In this document: positions 35,320 through 53,164 of the stretch, piece after piece
Layout: each line of letters starts with the position of its first letter
How positions within the stretch are numbered: position 1 is the first letter of the stretch
NCBI GenBank assembly: GCA_002269645.1
Contig: NIVC01001931.1
Span: 1 to 64,000 of the forward strand
Source: Macrostomum lignano
Taxonomy: Eukaryota
Length of the DNA: 64,000 nt
Direction: 5' to 3'
Made by a program: the position numbers and the translations under genes
The notes under the pieces: generated by a model
Told to the model about the DNA's origin: nothing
Databases searched by the model: none
Seen by the model: only the letters and a program-made list of their open reading frames with translations

Positions 35320-35875
35320 CTCATTGTTGGCTAACTGATAGCTGACTGCTCATTGTTGGCTAGCTGATAGCTGACTGCTCATTGTTGGCTAGGTGATAGC
35401 TGACTGCTCATTGTTGGCTAACTGATAGCTGACTGCTCATTGTTGGCTAACTGATAGCTGACTGCTCATTGTTGGCTAACTGATAACTGACTGCTCATTG
35501 TTGGCTAGCTGATAGCTGACTGCTCATTGTTGGCTAGCTGATAGCTGACTGCTCATTGTTGGCTACTGATAAGCTGACTGCTCATTGTTGGCTAACTGAT
35601 AACTGACTGCTCATTGTTGGCTAACTGATAACTGACTGCTCATTGTTGGCTAACTGATAGCTCTGACTGCTCATTGTTGGCTACTGATAGCTGACTGCTC
35701 ATTGTTGGCTAGCTGATAGCTGACTGCTCATTGTTGGCTAGCTGATAGCTGACTGCTCATTGTTGGCTAACTGATAGCTGACTGCTCATTGTTGGCTAAC
35801 TGATAGCTGACTGCTCATTGTTGGCTAGCTGATAGCTGACTGCTCATTGTTGGCTAACTGATAGCTGACTGCTCA
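35320..35875. repeat. 29-bp minisatellite between RNF121 and UBE2K
   Basis: GCTGACTGCTCATTGTTGGCTA[A/G]CTGATA, about 19 copies. Confidence 0.92.
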
Positions 35876-36261
35876 GCATAATAACACAGCAATTAGATAG
35901 AATTTGATCAGGGGAAAACAGAAAATTAATAAAAGGGGAATTATAGAAGGAACTAAACAAAGAGCATCGATAACAGATAGTTACTGCAGTAGTAGTGCTA
36001 TCTGTAAACCGAATCTATTCTGTATATTGACTTTCATGACGAATAGAACAAAACTAAACGAAACGAGTTTACAAGGACAAGCAATAAATTCAAACCAATA
36101 TTGATGCAGTCAAGCAAACACAGGAATAGCAATTACGAGATGCGCGTGCAAAACAGGCAGATGTGCTGTACTCCGCGCAAGCTTTGATCTTTGCTAGGCC
36201 AGTGCGGGCTCTGGTTCGGGACATTATGATCATGGTAGCGGATTTGACTTAGCACAGATAA

Positions 36262-36535
36262 CCAGGGTGACACAGGGACACAGGGGTGACCCTGGGGAAC
36301 AGGGGTGACACAGGGACACAGGGGTGACGCTGGGGAACAGGGGTGACACAGGGACACGGGTGACGCTGGGAACAGGGGTGACACAGGGACACAGGGGTGA
36401 CGCTGGGAACAGGGGTGACACAGGGACACGGGTGACGCTGGGGAACAGGGGTGACACAGGGACACAGGGGTGACGCCGGTTAACAGGGGTAACACAGGGA
36501 CACAGGGGTGACGCTGGGGAACAGAGGTGATGCTG
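36262..36535. repeat. About 37-bp minisatellite downstream of the RNF121 stop
   Basis: GGGTGACACAGGGACACAGGGGTGACGCTGGGGAACA units. Confidence 0.85.
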
Positions 36536-36702
36536 GGGGGGGGGAGCTGGGGAAGTGACACTTGGGTACCGATGGAGTTGGGCAGCAGGGAGGGATACCA
36601 ATTGCAACAGTTGTTACCAGATCGATGGCAGATCACAGTAAAACGGTGGCTCAAGTTAGGAGTGTACAACTAAGAGCTGAGAGTCATATTTGTAGCAAGT
36701 CA

Positions 36703-41783
<5,081 letters not shown>

Positions 41784-44700
41784 CTAGAGTGCAATTAAAA
41801 GATTAAACATTGTATCGAATTAACCACATAATACAATATTGTGGCATAAATAAAAAAATCATTACATACCTTGTTGTTAACAACAACAATGCCACTCTGT
41901 CCATGAAACGACATTTCAAGTCTGGAAAAAAGGTTTGCCATATATTAGAATTAGTGATGAGATGCTTACAACTTTGCAATCTTAGCATTTAGGTAATCAC
42001 AAAACTTCCATAGAGGTTAGCAAATTGATTTCAAGTAGAATGGCTTGTTAAATTATAGTTGGGACAAGGATAAAATAAGAAAGTGGTTTCATATTTCATC
42101 TGATCATGCTAAATGCCCAAAGCACAGCTTGCATTGTACTTTGTATATGACTATAATAAGTGTTTACAATACCCAACATCATTTCAAATTTGAAACATAA
42201 CCCTAGAATTATAATATAATTAATATGTCCTACTAATATATTCTAAATAACTTGCTAATTATTTATTACAATTATTAACTACAATATTAATAATGATTAG
42301 CTTGGCTCCACATAGATTAATTAGACCCTATAGATATGCCTAGGCTAGGCCCCATAATGAAGAACATGGCAAGTGTACAATAAAATGATTTTTAGGGATG
42401 GTCAATTGTACACTAAAAAACCTAAGTATGCACCAAATTTGTAATTATATGCCAATTTTTTCTTAATGATATAGATGCTACATTAATACTTTACTGCCAT
42501 ATGTCCATAGCTCAAGATTAATTATTAAAGGGCATTTTAACAATATGAATAATAAGAAAGATCTATCAAATTTATTAAACAAAACTTAAAGAGGGTAGAT
42601 TCAAGAATTCATGACCAAGATATAAAAATGATATCAAGCTGTATCTGTTCTATAGAGCTATATAATAAAACATCAAGGTCCTTGGTCCTATCTATGTTAT
42701 AAATCATAGTCTATGATATTGATATGCCCTATTGCCTGGATATCAATGCTGTGGTTTCTTTTGCAAAATTATTTTCCTTGCATTTTTAACTGCCATGATT
42801 GTCAGCTATTAGAATAGATCATAAATAATAGTCTAGTATTATGTTTGGTCAATAAAATATGTAATTAGTTTTTTATTAATATGTAACTTTTATTTTCCAT
42901 TTTTATTTCAAATGGTCCTTCAAACTATTATAGTATACTCTATAGACTTTGGCCTATCCTTTTTATTGTAACATTGATCAAATATTTTAATATTTATCTG
43001 GCAATATGGCTAGTAGACAACCAGCTCTAACTCTTATTTTATTACCTAGTGAAATCAGCATATACTTTTGAGAGCCATATATTGATGGCCAACCTGGACA
43101 ATGCATTTGATGCAATCTTGTAGGCTTCTTAGATATCCCTTCATTATCTACTCAGTGTTGGGCACCAGTCTGTTAATAAGCCTTAAAAAGCATTAAGATT
43201 TTTTGCACCAATAGATTAACAAATTTTAAATTTAAGTCATTAATTTTGTTAGTTAACAAAAAAATCATTGATAACATTAATTACAATGCCTATGAGACCA
43301 AAGATGCAAAAAAGTTATTTTCTCTTACTTTATACTACTTTTAGTAGCCTTTTATATATAAGTTTTTGCTATTATTTGTTACTAAATAAATTGTAAATTG
43401 ATTGGATGATGTCTCCATATCTTTATGTTGGCTGACAAAAAATGGAAAAGCAAAGACAGTGCATTTTGAAGTTTGTTTTATAAAAAAAGTGAAATATTAT
43501 TGTATGTTGTGTTAACATTAACATAATAATGCTTAATAATGAATATGAGTTAACTTTCATTTTCAGTAAACTTAATGAAATTAAGAGTTAATAAGTAAGT
43601 TAACACTTCCATTAATAGAAGTTAAGATTTTAATCAAGCTACTACCCAATGGTGATAAAGAAATAACTCATAATTCTCCAGAATGATATAGCTATTGGTG
43701 CCAAGCCACTCAACATGAATGCTATTCACAGGCATTAGCTGCTGGTCTAAGAGGCTAGAGGGATAATCTAACTAGACTAGTACCATGTCAATAGCTTGCT
43801 AGACCTGTTAGATCAGGCAAAGCTGGACCTTGCTTAGCTTGCAAGGCATATTCAGCATGCCAGTGAAGTATAAGACTGACTAGGCCCAAGGGCTAAGGTC
43901 TACGATGCTCCATACCTACCTCTATCTTTAGTAGGTTAAGGCTAGTGGGAGGTCTACACCTATTTGCCACTGCCCCCTCACTACATTGCCTCGCAAGCCA
44001 ACCCAGGGGTACCCATCCCCAAAAGTGTTCAAAGTAGACCCTAGGGCTCCAGTGTTGTTGACCCATCTAGTGGCTCTTGTTGAACTTGGATATGCTAGTC
44101 TGGCTTGCCAGTCTGCAGGCCATGGTACTGCTCAACATATCCTCTAATGCCTAAGGTATTGACCATGCCAATGGGCTAGAAGGCTAGGGAGTAGTTTGGT
44201 TACAAGTGGTCTCCTTCCTGGTGTCAGGCCAGCCTTGAAGTTTTTTTTGGCCTATTGCCTGGTCAGGTGGAGTGACTAGGTGGGTACTGTGCCCCTTTGA
44301 GGATAGCCCACCAACCTTTATCAAGGCCTTCAAGCTGACTATAGATAATCAAGTTATATCGAGGGACAGGAAACTTTCTAAACCCCAACTTCAGTCCAAA
44401 GGTTGGGGGACTTGCTGGCAGATCCCAACCAACTGATTCAACTGTGGCAAAGGAAGAACCAGCTGGCTCTGCTGGCAGATCCAACCAGAGCTACCAAAAC
44501 CAAAGTAGCCAAAGACCTGCCAGCTTTGCTGGTGGATCTAAGGGAACTGCAGGCTCTGAGCCTTGAGGACCAGCCAAATCTAGCAGATCTAACAAAGCTC
44601 AACAAGCTTGGCTTAAGTACAAATGTGCTAAGCAACATGCCAAGAGGCAGGCCAAGAAGGGAGCTGCGAGGGCCGCCTAAGTGGTAGCATCCACCATGGA

Positions 44701-45908
44701 TGCTAAAGCAACTGGTGTCCCAAGGCAACCAGACAAGCCAGCTGGTGGAAGCTCTAGCAGTTTAGTGGCAGCACTTCCTTGTGGATGTTGCTGTAGCTGC
44801 TAAGGCCAAAAACATGGTGCAACAAATGGCCACTGCTAACAAGAAAGTTCCTTTGGGAGCTACCTTTGCAGCAAAAGCCAAGGCCAAAATCCTGGGAGTG
44901 ATCATTCAAGGTTGCAACTAGGACTAGACCACTGGTCAGCTTCAAAACGTGTGGAGTGCTATTGACTCCTATCTGATTGGGCTGACTGTTGAGGAGGGAA
45001 TTTCTATCAGCATTGAGCAGATGGTGCTACAAAGCACATTTGTTCTTTTTGCTCCTAGCAGTGAGAAGGATATTTAGCAGCTGCTCCAGTGGCTGGTGAT
45101 GGTCTACTTAGATGCTGAGCTCAGTGGAGCCCTTTTTCTTTGCGAAGGCCAGCATCAAAGACAATAATACCCTACATGGTTTTTGTCCCTTCCAAGAGCA
45201 CAATAGCTAGACTAGACATTGTATACCGGGTCCTACTGCGTCTAAATTGTAATCTCTTTGCTAGTAGACTGGTGTATCACTGCAAGGTCTGCAGGGGGAC
45301 ATGGGCAATTCAATCATCCTCAGCTTATCCAATGCTTGGGCAAGTTGGTACCCCAATGGATTTTCTTTCTAGCTAGGTACCCTCAAGCTCAAGCTGCACC
45401 AAGGAAAATCTGCCAAAGGGAAGGCTACTTGCCAACCCCGGCATCTCTGGCAAGAGCAAGGCATAGTCTAAGGCCCAAGGAAAGGTGCAAACCAATCCCA
45501 AAGCCAAAGCTACATCTTGCCCCTCTGCTAGCAGCAATTGGGCAATTGCAGTGATGGCTCCAGCCAAGCCCTAGGAACTGAACCTACCAGCTAGAGAAAG
45601 AGTTAAGGACAAGGCTAGGTCTTTAGAATCTAAGCTCTTCTTGGCCACCCTAGTAGGGTCTAAGGGCAAAGATGCAAATGAGGAAACCTCCATCTTGTCA
45701 TTGGAGCCCGAGGAATCTGCGGGGGCTAGTAGAGGTAAGGAGGCCATGGATATCAACCAACTCCCATCTTCCCATCAAGCCCCAATGGCCTAGGACAAGG
45801 ATGAACTGTTGTCCAAGTCTCCTTGATGGCCTAGGGTTCTAGCCAGCTATTGCATTTAATACAGTATGACTAAGCTCCATTCTGCCAAAGGAGTAGCATA
45901 CATTCTGT

Positions 45909-46545
45909 CTGCAAATTAATTTACAGCATTGCATATCTGTGGCAGTAAATCTGATGAAGATTGCTGAGCTGTATAGGCTAGGCCTTATCCTGATCCAGGA
46001 ACCCTAGATTTGCAATGGTAAATTGCCTAACATTCCTCCTAGCTATACTGATTTTTGTGTTATGGCCTAGGGAACAGCCACCCTAGAGTGGCTATCCTTG
46101 CTACTAGCCATCTCCACGCTTGGCTAAAGACTGATCATTCAGATAGAGACTTCTGTGTCATCCAATCTAATTATCTCTCTCTGCATATATGTCTTGTTGC
46201 CTCAATCTATATTCTAGGCAATAGAGACCTGGCACCTGAGAGTCTGCTGCACCTTGCATAGTATTGCAAGTCCCAGAATGCTAAGCTATGCTTAGGGGGC
46301 AACTTCAATGTACAACATAAGCATTGAGGCAGCAAAGACACCAATACTAGAGGGGAGAAGCTCTTGGCCCTTATCTCTAATACAAACCTTATGCTCTGCA
46401 ATTGCAGTAGCACTCTTACTTTCAACAATGACAGATAGACTGAGGTCCTCAATGCCATACTCATTACCCCCAAGACTCTTTGACAGAGTCAAGGAGTGGA
46501 AAGTCTAGTCTTAGGAGCCCTTTCTATCTGACCACTGCTTTGTTG
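45909..46545 (+). mobile_element. Decayed non-LTR retrotransposon APE endonuclease domain; probable ORF1 remnant upstream (about 44200-45900)
   Basis: LQINLQHC at 45909, ILIQEP* at about 45987, GNFNVQHKH*GSKDTNTRGEKL at about 46298 and SDH at 46527 are the APE motifs. Interrupted by stop codons. Confidence 0.8.
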
Positions 46546-46974
46546 CCTTTAACTAAACCCCAGTTCTTGATCACTTGGAGGTGTAATATTAACAACACTG
46601 ATTGGGTGGCCTATAAGGCTACCCTTGATCTGCATCTGCAAGAACTCAGACTTATATCCAATTAAAACCTACAAAGATATGGACCATATGGCCAAGATGT
46701 TGACAGGTTGTATTATTGCAGCCTATGAAGTGGCCTACCCTGTTTATGCTTACAAAGGTACCATGTAGGCATAATGGTACCATGGTAAAACCCAGAGCTG
46801 GGGAAACTCAGGCAAAAGGCCAAACCCTTTACCGCCATGCCATGAAGACCAATAACAAGGGCATTATGACAATGTTTCATAGAAACCAAGTATTATATTT
46901 CTTTATTTTGTAAGTATATTGTACATTATTAGTATTTCTTTGCTTTATTTTATTAATATTTTATACAATATATA

Positions 46975-47280
46975 TTAATATTGCACATTAATATTTCAAC
47001 TGCACTGTTGACCAGAGTGTCTCCTACATGGGGAAGACCAAAAGACACGCACACTAGAACCAAGGAGCACTGGCTCAAACCATTGGCCATCCAAACCTAC
47101 CTTTTGGAATGTAACAGCTGCTCTAATTGTACACCTGAAGAACATTTTAAAATCATTGATCAATGCCCATCTAATCACAAGCTCAAGATCTTAGAAGCCT
47201 TGTATATAAAAAACCAGTTGCCCACCCTTAATACACAACTCCAACACAGTGGTACAGGCCATGTTCTCCATGTATTCTGA
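46975..47280 (+). mobile_element. Penelope-like element GIY-YIG endonuclease 3' fragment (pseudogenised)
   Basis: FNCTVDQSVSYMGKTKRH, then a frameshift, then TRTKEH...CNSC...FKIIDQC...LKILEALYIKNQLPTLNTQ. Matches the typical PLE GIY-YIG C-terminus. Confidence 0.75.
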
Positions 47281-48544
47281 GTGAGAGAGCACTGACCTTG
47301 TAACCAGTGCTCATTCAATTATATTTTGTTTTCTGCCTATTGGTCTTTGCCCTACCCTACAGACTATCAACCTCTTACTATTTTGTACATACAAAATACT
47401 TACTTACCAGTTATATATGTTTCATTGACAAATAATTTATAAATTCGCTTACTCACACCTTTCGTTTCAAACAATATACCTGACAATGCACCTTGGTATA
47501 CAAAATGTGTCAAAAAAACCACATGTTGATTTTCTGATTTCTCTTTATTTTACTTGCCAAGCAAGCCACTTTACCTAATATTGCATTTATGTTACTTTTG
47601 TATTTGTTGCCTAATATGAATTTATTTTACTATTTCATTTGTATTTCATGCATATCATACTATTTCTCAATCTCATAGAGAAGTTTAGACTTTTTAAAGT
47701 TTATATTGATAAAATACTTCAATTTTTCCATTTTTTTTAATTTTCACCAGACACTTGGTGGATGCCCAAAATGATAAAAAAGCAAAAAAATCCCCAAAAA
47801 ACCACATTCTATGGTAATGCAACCTCAGTTTATTAATTGACTATGATGTCAATAAGAATTTGATAAAAATTGTTTCAATGAAATTTGTATTTAAAAATGA
47901 ATATTTTTCAAAACAAAAAAGTTAACTTGCTTTGTGAATATAAAATTAAGAAATCACAAGTAATATTCATCATTTTCCAACTATAATATATAGTGAATAC
48001 AAATGACTTTATCAAATTTGGTATTGAGTTTTGTTATAATGTCAAATAATTGCCTTGTCACAGTTTCCTCTATTTTAAATTTGCTATATCTACGATGTGC
48101 GACAATATTATTGTCTTCTATATTGTGATTTGTTGCTACCTTTGCCATTGTGGTTGATATTAATATCTCTTACCAAATGATTTAGTGATATAAGTATTGT
48201 AATTAATCATATTACAAATGTCTAATATTCAAGTTTGCATTGATAAAATCAACCTCCATGAAGAATCCCCTACTCAAAAACCTATTATCCTATTCCATGC
48301 CCCGATAGTTGATCATTTATCTTTTTGTAAAGATCAATCCCTTTTTCCTGGAGTTTAGAATTTATCAACACCATTTTGAATAGGTCTCTATGCCTCTATT
48401 AAAGTTTATGTTGATAAAATCAACCCCTATATAGAATCCTTTATCTTAAAAACCCCCATCCTATTACTCATGCCCCAGTGTTTGGTCATTGACATTTTGG
48501 TTAGGTCTACCTTTCCACTGAGTCTAGAATTTATCAATACCATC

Positions 48545-48836
48545 CTAGGTTTTTTTGTGCGCAGAGTGTGCATATGCACCCTAAATTTTAAAATTGCATC
48601 CTGAAATTAAAAAAGTAGGTGCGGTCTTATAACCATTTTTCTTTAAAGGCGAGATAACAGACAAGAAGTCAAGGCATTCTTTATACAAAGATGTATAGAC
48701 ATAAGACATGTCTATACATTCCCAGTTGTCTGAAACAAGACTCAAGAGAAATTGCACTCTGAACCTTAAAATCGCACCTTGAAATTTGGCACAAGGTGCG
48801 ATTTTGCACCTTGTCTCTGGCGAAAAAAAGCCCCAG
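48545..48836. mobile_element. 292-bp MITE
   Basis: Imperfect TIRs CTAGGTTTTTTTGTGCGCAGAG and CTCTGGCGAAAAAAAAGCCCCAG. Near-identical 8-bp flanks ATACCATC/ATACTATC. Interrupts a degenerate repeat of roughly 170 bp. Confidence 0.55.
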
Positions 48837-48964
48837 ATACTATCTTGAATAGGTCTCCATGCCTCTATTCAAGTTTATGTTGATAAAATCAATCCCCATG
48901 AAGAATCTCCCTACCTAAAACCTCCCATTCCCTATGTCCCAACTCCCAGTAGTTGGTTTGAAGC

Positions 48965-49466
48965 CTGGATGGAATTCTTGCAGAAAAATCACAACGCGTT
49001 ATGCGATTGCGCAAAAAAATGCAATTTTGCATAAAAAAATCCGGAAAAAATATGTCGCAGAATTTCAGACAAAATTGCTAATTCTTAATATATGCAAAAG
49101 TGCACTTGAGATATTGCATTTTGCAAAAGATAATCCTACTAGCTAAGATCACGAAGAAAAAAAGAATAAAAAGTAAAAACTAAATAAGGCACAAAAGTAA
49201 TAATTCGAAAAAATTCTATAAAAAGTAGAAACTCGTAACATTCTCTAACATACGTATTTGGACAAAAATTCAAATTACTATATTTTCTTAGAATGCATTT
49301 TTCATTATTGTCTTATTGATTACTTTTTTAGATGAACATACATTTACCATTTTGCAACGTACTAAGTACCAAAATAAAAAATGCGACCAATCAAAAATAT
49401 TTTGCATGCCATAAAAAAAATTGCATAATTATGTTTGACTTTAGAAATACAAGAATTCCATCCTAG
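48965..49466. mobile_element. 502-bp MITE with 9-bp TSD (Mutator-like)
   Basis: TIR (C)TGGATGGAATTCTTG...CAAGAATTCCATCCTAG with an exact flanking duplication GTTTGAAGC. Confidence 0.65.
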
Positions 49467-50817
49467 GTTTGAAGCACCTACATATGGTTTGAAACTATTA
49501 TAAATGAAGCTCAAATCAGATCATAAATGAAGCTCAGATTTCAGGTGCTATGAAATCAGCACCATCAAAACCCCTAGGCCTATAGAGGCAAAATTATGCT
49601 CCTATCAAATTGCAACTAATTTATAAACATAAACTTGAAGAAGTCTAGAAGCTCCTATCTTGTATATATACCAATTAGCTTTATAGTATTCTAGCATAAT
49701 ATTTTAATGATTTATTTGTGAATTGCACCTGGGAGGGTTTGTCTGGTTCTTAGATTAAGTTTGTTATCAATTGTTATCTTGCTTAGGCCCCTACCTTATT
49801 TATAAATATAGGCCTATACTTTGCAGTCAGCAGCCACTTTCTCACTTCATTTCACCTTTTGTCCCTCTTTTGCTTGCAGGGCCTAAAGCCATCTGGCTTT
49901 CTTTGCCTTCCTAATTCTACACCCTCCCACTGCCTACCTCATTAGGGCTTAGCCTAGGCTACCAATCAATAGGCGCATAGGGTCTTGACTGGCCTTTGCA
50001 AAGCACAACCTGAGCCAATTAAAGTTATAGGCTAAACTAATTTAGGCTATAAACTAGTAGGCCTATGAAATTGGCTGCTGATCTGCATTGTAGACTTTAT
50101 CTAAATTAACTGCTACATCAAAGAAAAACGGTATATGCATAGGCATAGGGCATAGCCATAGGCCTAGTACATCATGGCTCATGGGATTCGTGGACATATA
50201 TGGGCCTATATATATAAGTAATGATACATAAAATATAAATATTTATCACATGTAGCCATTACAGCCTGTCTGTAGAGCATGTAGGCGTAACACAAAAATG
50301 AAAAATTGAGATGGCCTAATTCAATTAGCAATCGCAGAATTTCATTTCGCAGAAAGAGAAAAGAAAAGAAGGTCCATACATACGATCTCAAGCACAAAAT
50401 TTTAACCCTATTTTATTGCATTCAAATCAAACAGTGGAATTGAAAACCGGAATAATCAAAGAAAAATATTAACAAAGGCGAAGTGTCACGAACGATCAGA
50501 GTAATTGAGACGGGAAATTGAGCTGGATTTTGGGGGATAAGAGCTGGAGTCTTAAAACTACATTTTCTGTTATAAATCAGAGGGCCTATAATGAAAATTG
50601 TTTGTCTATCGGTTGAAATCTCTAATGAAAAATTGAACTTTAAAATTTGACCCCAGATGTACATGTATACGAGCGTACATAACGCCATATACCTCAGTAG
50701 TTCCTGAATTCCCCTACACTAACACTAAACACGTTCTATGGCGATGGAATGATGCAGTCAGGAATTGATTTTAATTGACTATTTTACACCTATTGACGCA
50801 TCAAATCCTTGCACTAT

Positions 50818-52993
50818 TGTGACGTTGTCAGTTTAAGGTGGTCCCGAAAAGGGCCGTTGGACTGCTGTTCTCCATAGTCATTCAACCCTTCAGTTTCACC
50901 GTTTCAACTAAACTTTTGGCTGGCGCGTGGCGCCGTTCCCTGCCGTGGCGCCCTGTCGCCGTTTCCTGCCTTGGCGCGTGGCGCCGTTCTCTGCCTTGGC
51001 GCGTGGCGCCGTTCCCTGCCGTGGCGCCCTGTCGCCGTTTCCTGCCTTGGCGCGTGGCGCCGTTCCTTTGCCTGGCGCGCTGCGCCGTCCTCTGCCTTGG
51101 CGCTCTTGCGCCGTTCTCCGCCTGGCGCGCTGCGCCGTCTCCTGCCTTGGCGCGTTGCGCCTTTCTCCGCCTGGCGCGCTGCGCCGTTTTCTGCCTTGGC
51201 GCTCCGCGCCGTCCTGTCTCCGCCTTGGGCGCTCCCTTGCCGGTTTCTCCCTCCCGCCTGTTTGGCGCGCCGCGCCGTGTCCCGCCGCCCTTGGCGCTTG
51301 TCGTCGTTTGCCCGCAGTTGTCCGGACTGTGTCTCTGTTTCGTGCCTCTGCTCTGCATCTTTTGCCTCATCCATCTTGTCACCTTTGTTCTGTGCTCCTT
51401 GCCTCATCTGTCTTGTCACCTCTGTTCGTCCTGTCGTTTTTTTGTGCGTTTGCGTGCCCCGCGCGCTCCGCTCTGCGCTACTTTTGTAACCAATGTTATT
51501 CTCACTGCCATACCTACGTTGACTTTGATTTTCACCATTCATCTACCTGTATTCATTATTTACTGCAGTCTGTTCCTTTGTTTTCGTATTCCCCTTCAGC
51601 CTCTTCACTTCTTTTTGCGAGCGTGTGAAACATCCCATTTTGTTGCGGTGCCGGACCTCGAAAGCCGGGCGCCATAGGCGTTTTTCAACGCTCTTTCTTT
51701 TCTCTGTGCCTGTTTTTTTTTCTTTGCGCCTCTGTGCGCGTGTCTGGGCGGCGCCTGCGTCCCATTGGGGGCGAGCCCATGCGGTCCACCGGGACCGGCC
51801 CAGCTGTTGAGCCGTTTGTCGGCTGGCTGCACCCTGCAGCGGATGCATTCTGCATCGTTTACACACCTTCACTCCACTGCTTCCCTCGCGTGCTAGCTCT
51901 TCTTTGTAATGTTCTGTAACTTTCTGTAATCCTACCACCTGTTCTGTAATTTGACTTCGATTATTCAGCCACTCATAAGCCTGTGGGTTAGTAATCCCTA
52001 AAGCCTCCAGTAATCATATGCTCATACAAACTGACTCAACCCCACTGTAATTCATTCTACTGTAATTTCATTTGCTGCGGTCATGCTGTGTTTTTCTTGC
52101 CGTCACCCCGCGTGTTGGTTTTCTTTTTGCGCGACCCTATCCTTTTTCGGAAGGGAGGCGGGTGTGACGTTGTCAGTTTAAGGTGGTCCCGAAAAGGGCC
52201 GTTGGACTGCTGTTCTCCATAGTCATTCAACCCTTCAGTTTCACCGTTTCAACTAACCTTTTCCATTCGTTTATTGCGACGTTTACTTGTAGTAGTGCCC
52301 AACGATTTTGTGGCAATTTCTAATTCACTGTATATTTTGCTATCCTCTCTCGCGACCGTATAAAATTGGCACGATCGATAATTTTAAGTTCTCTCGCCAG
52401 CCAATGAAATCACTCGTGCTCGCGCTACCCCCCTCTGCGCTCTTTTATTAAACCCCCCCGCCTGGCGGCGGGCACTCCACGCTCCCCTCGCTCTCTCTCG
52501 CTCGTCTCTCCCCGCCTGTTCCTTGTTTCCTTCCCTGCGGCCTCTTAGCTGTCTTATCTGTTTGTCTGGCTGCCTCGAGCCTCCTTATTTCTCACCACGG
52601 CCCTTCTGTCTGGGCCAGCCTGCTCACACACTTACTTGACTGTTTCACGCCACGACCGACGCCAACTTTCCCTGCCTTCACTGTGCTCATAGCCACTGCT
52701 CACGTCACGTCGCCATTGTGTCATTCGCCTGCCACTTGACTTCATATCCAAATTATATTCAACCCATTGCTGCAGCCGCCAGTGCCCAGAAAGCTATAGT
52801 CTGTTTATTGCCAGTAACAACCAAACTTAATACTGATATTAACAATAAAGACAACTACGGCAGTTCCTGCCTTTATCGCCAAGTGCTCCGCTACAAAATC
52901 CGCTTTACAAGAATTGACTTCAACTTATTTTGGGACTAAAACGGCCCTTTTAAGGGTCACCGCATAGCTGGCCGCTACGCCAATAACGTGACA
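50818..52993 (+). mobile_element. Internally deleted LTR retroelement (gypsy-like TSD): about 100 bp 5' LTR stub, non-coding interior, PPT, 831-bp 3' LTR
   Basis: The direct repeat TGTGACGTTGTCAG... occurs at 50818 and 52163. A polypurine tract GGAAGGGAGGCGGG lies immediately before 52163. The end is ...CGTGACA at 52993, with a 4-bp TSD CTAT on both sides. Confidence 0.65.
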
Positions 52994-53164
52994 CTATAGT
53001 ATAATGCCTCTTTTTTTTATGCAGACTATATGCTTATCTGACGGAGTTGATTTTGTTATATCTGCTCTATCTGGTGTGCAAATCGAATTACCTTGCATTG
53101 CAGCTTATGGACTATTGTTCTCATCTTGAACCCAATATTGCGCACGACTGCAGCTAATCTAACT

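Noticed and set aside
41900-44200. AT-rich stretch as a possible decayed transposase or RNA gene
   Set aside because: No recognisable motif could be read in any frame, so it is left unannotated apart from its CpG depletion.
50918-51320. TGGCGC repeats as multiple tRNA primer-binding sites; 170-280 aa ORFs in this region
   Set aside because: The match to a PBS is only 5-6 nt and the ORFs are low-complexity with no gag, protease or RT motif.
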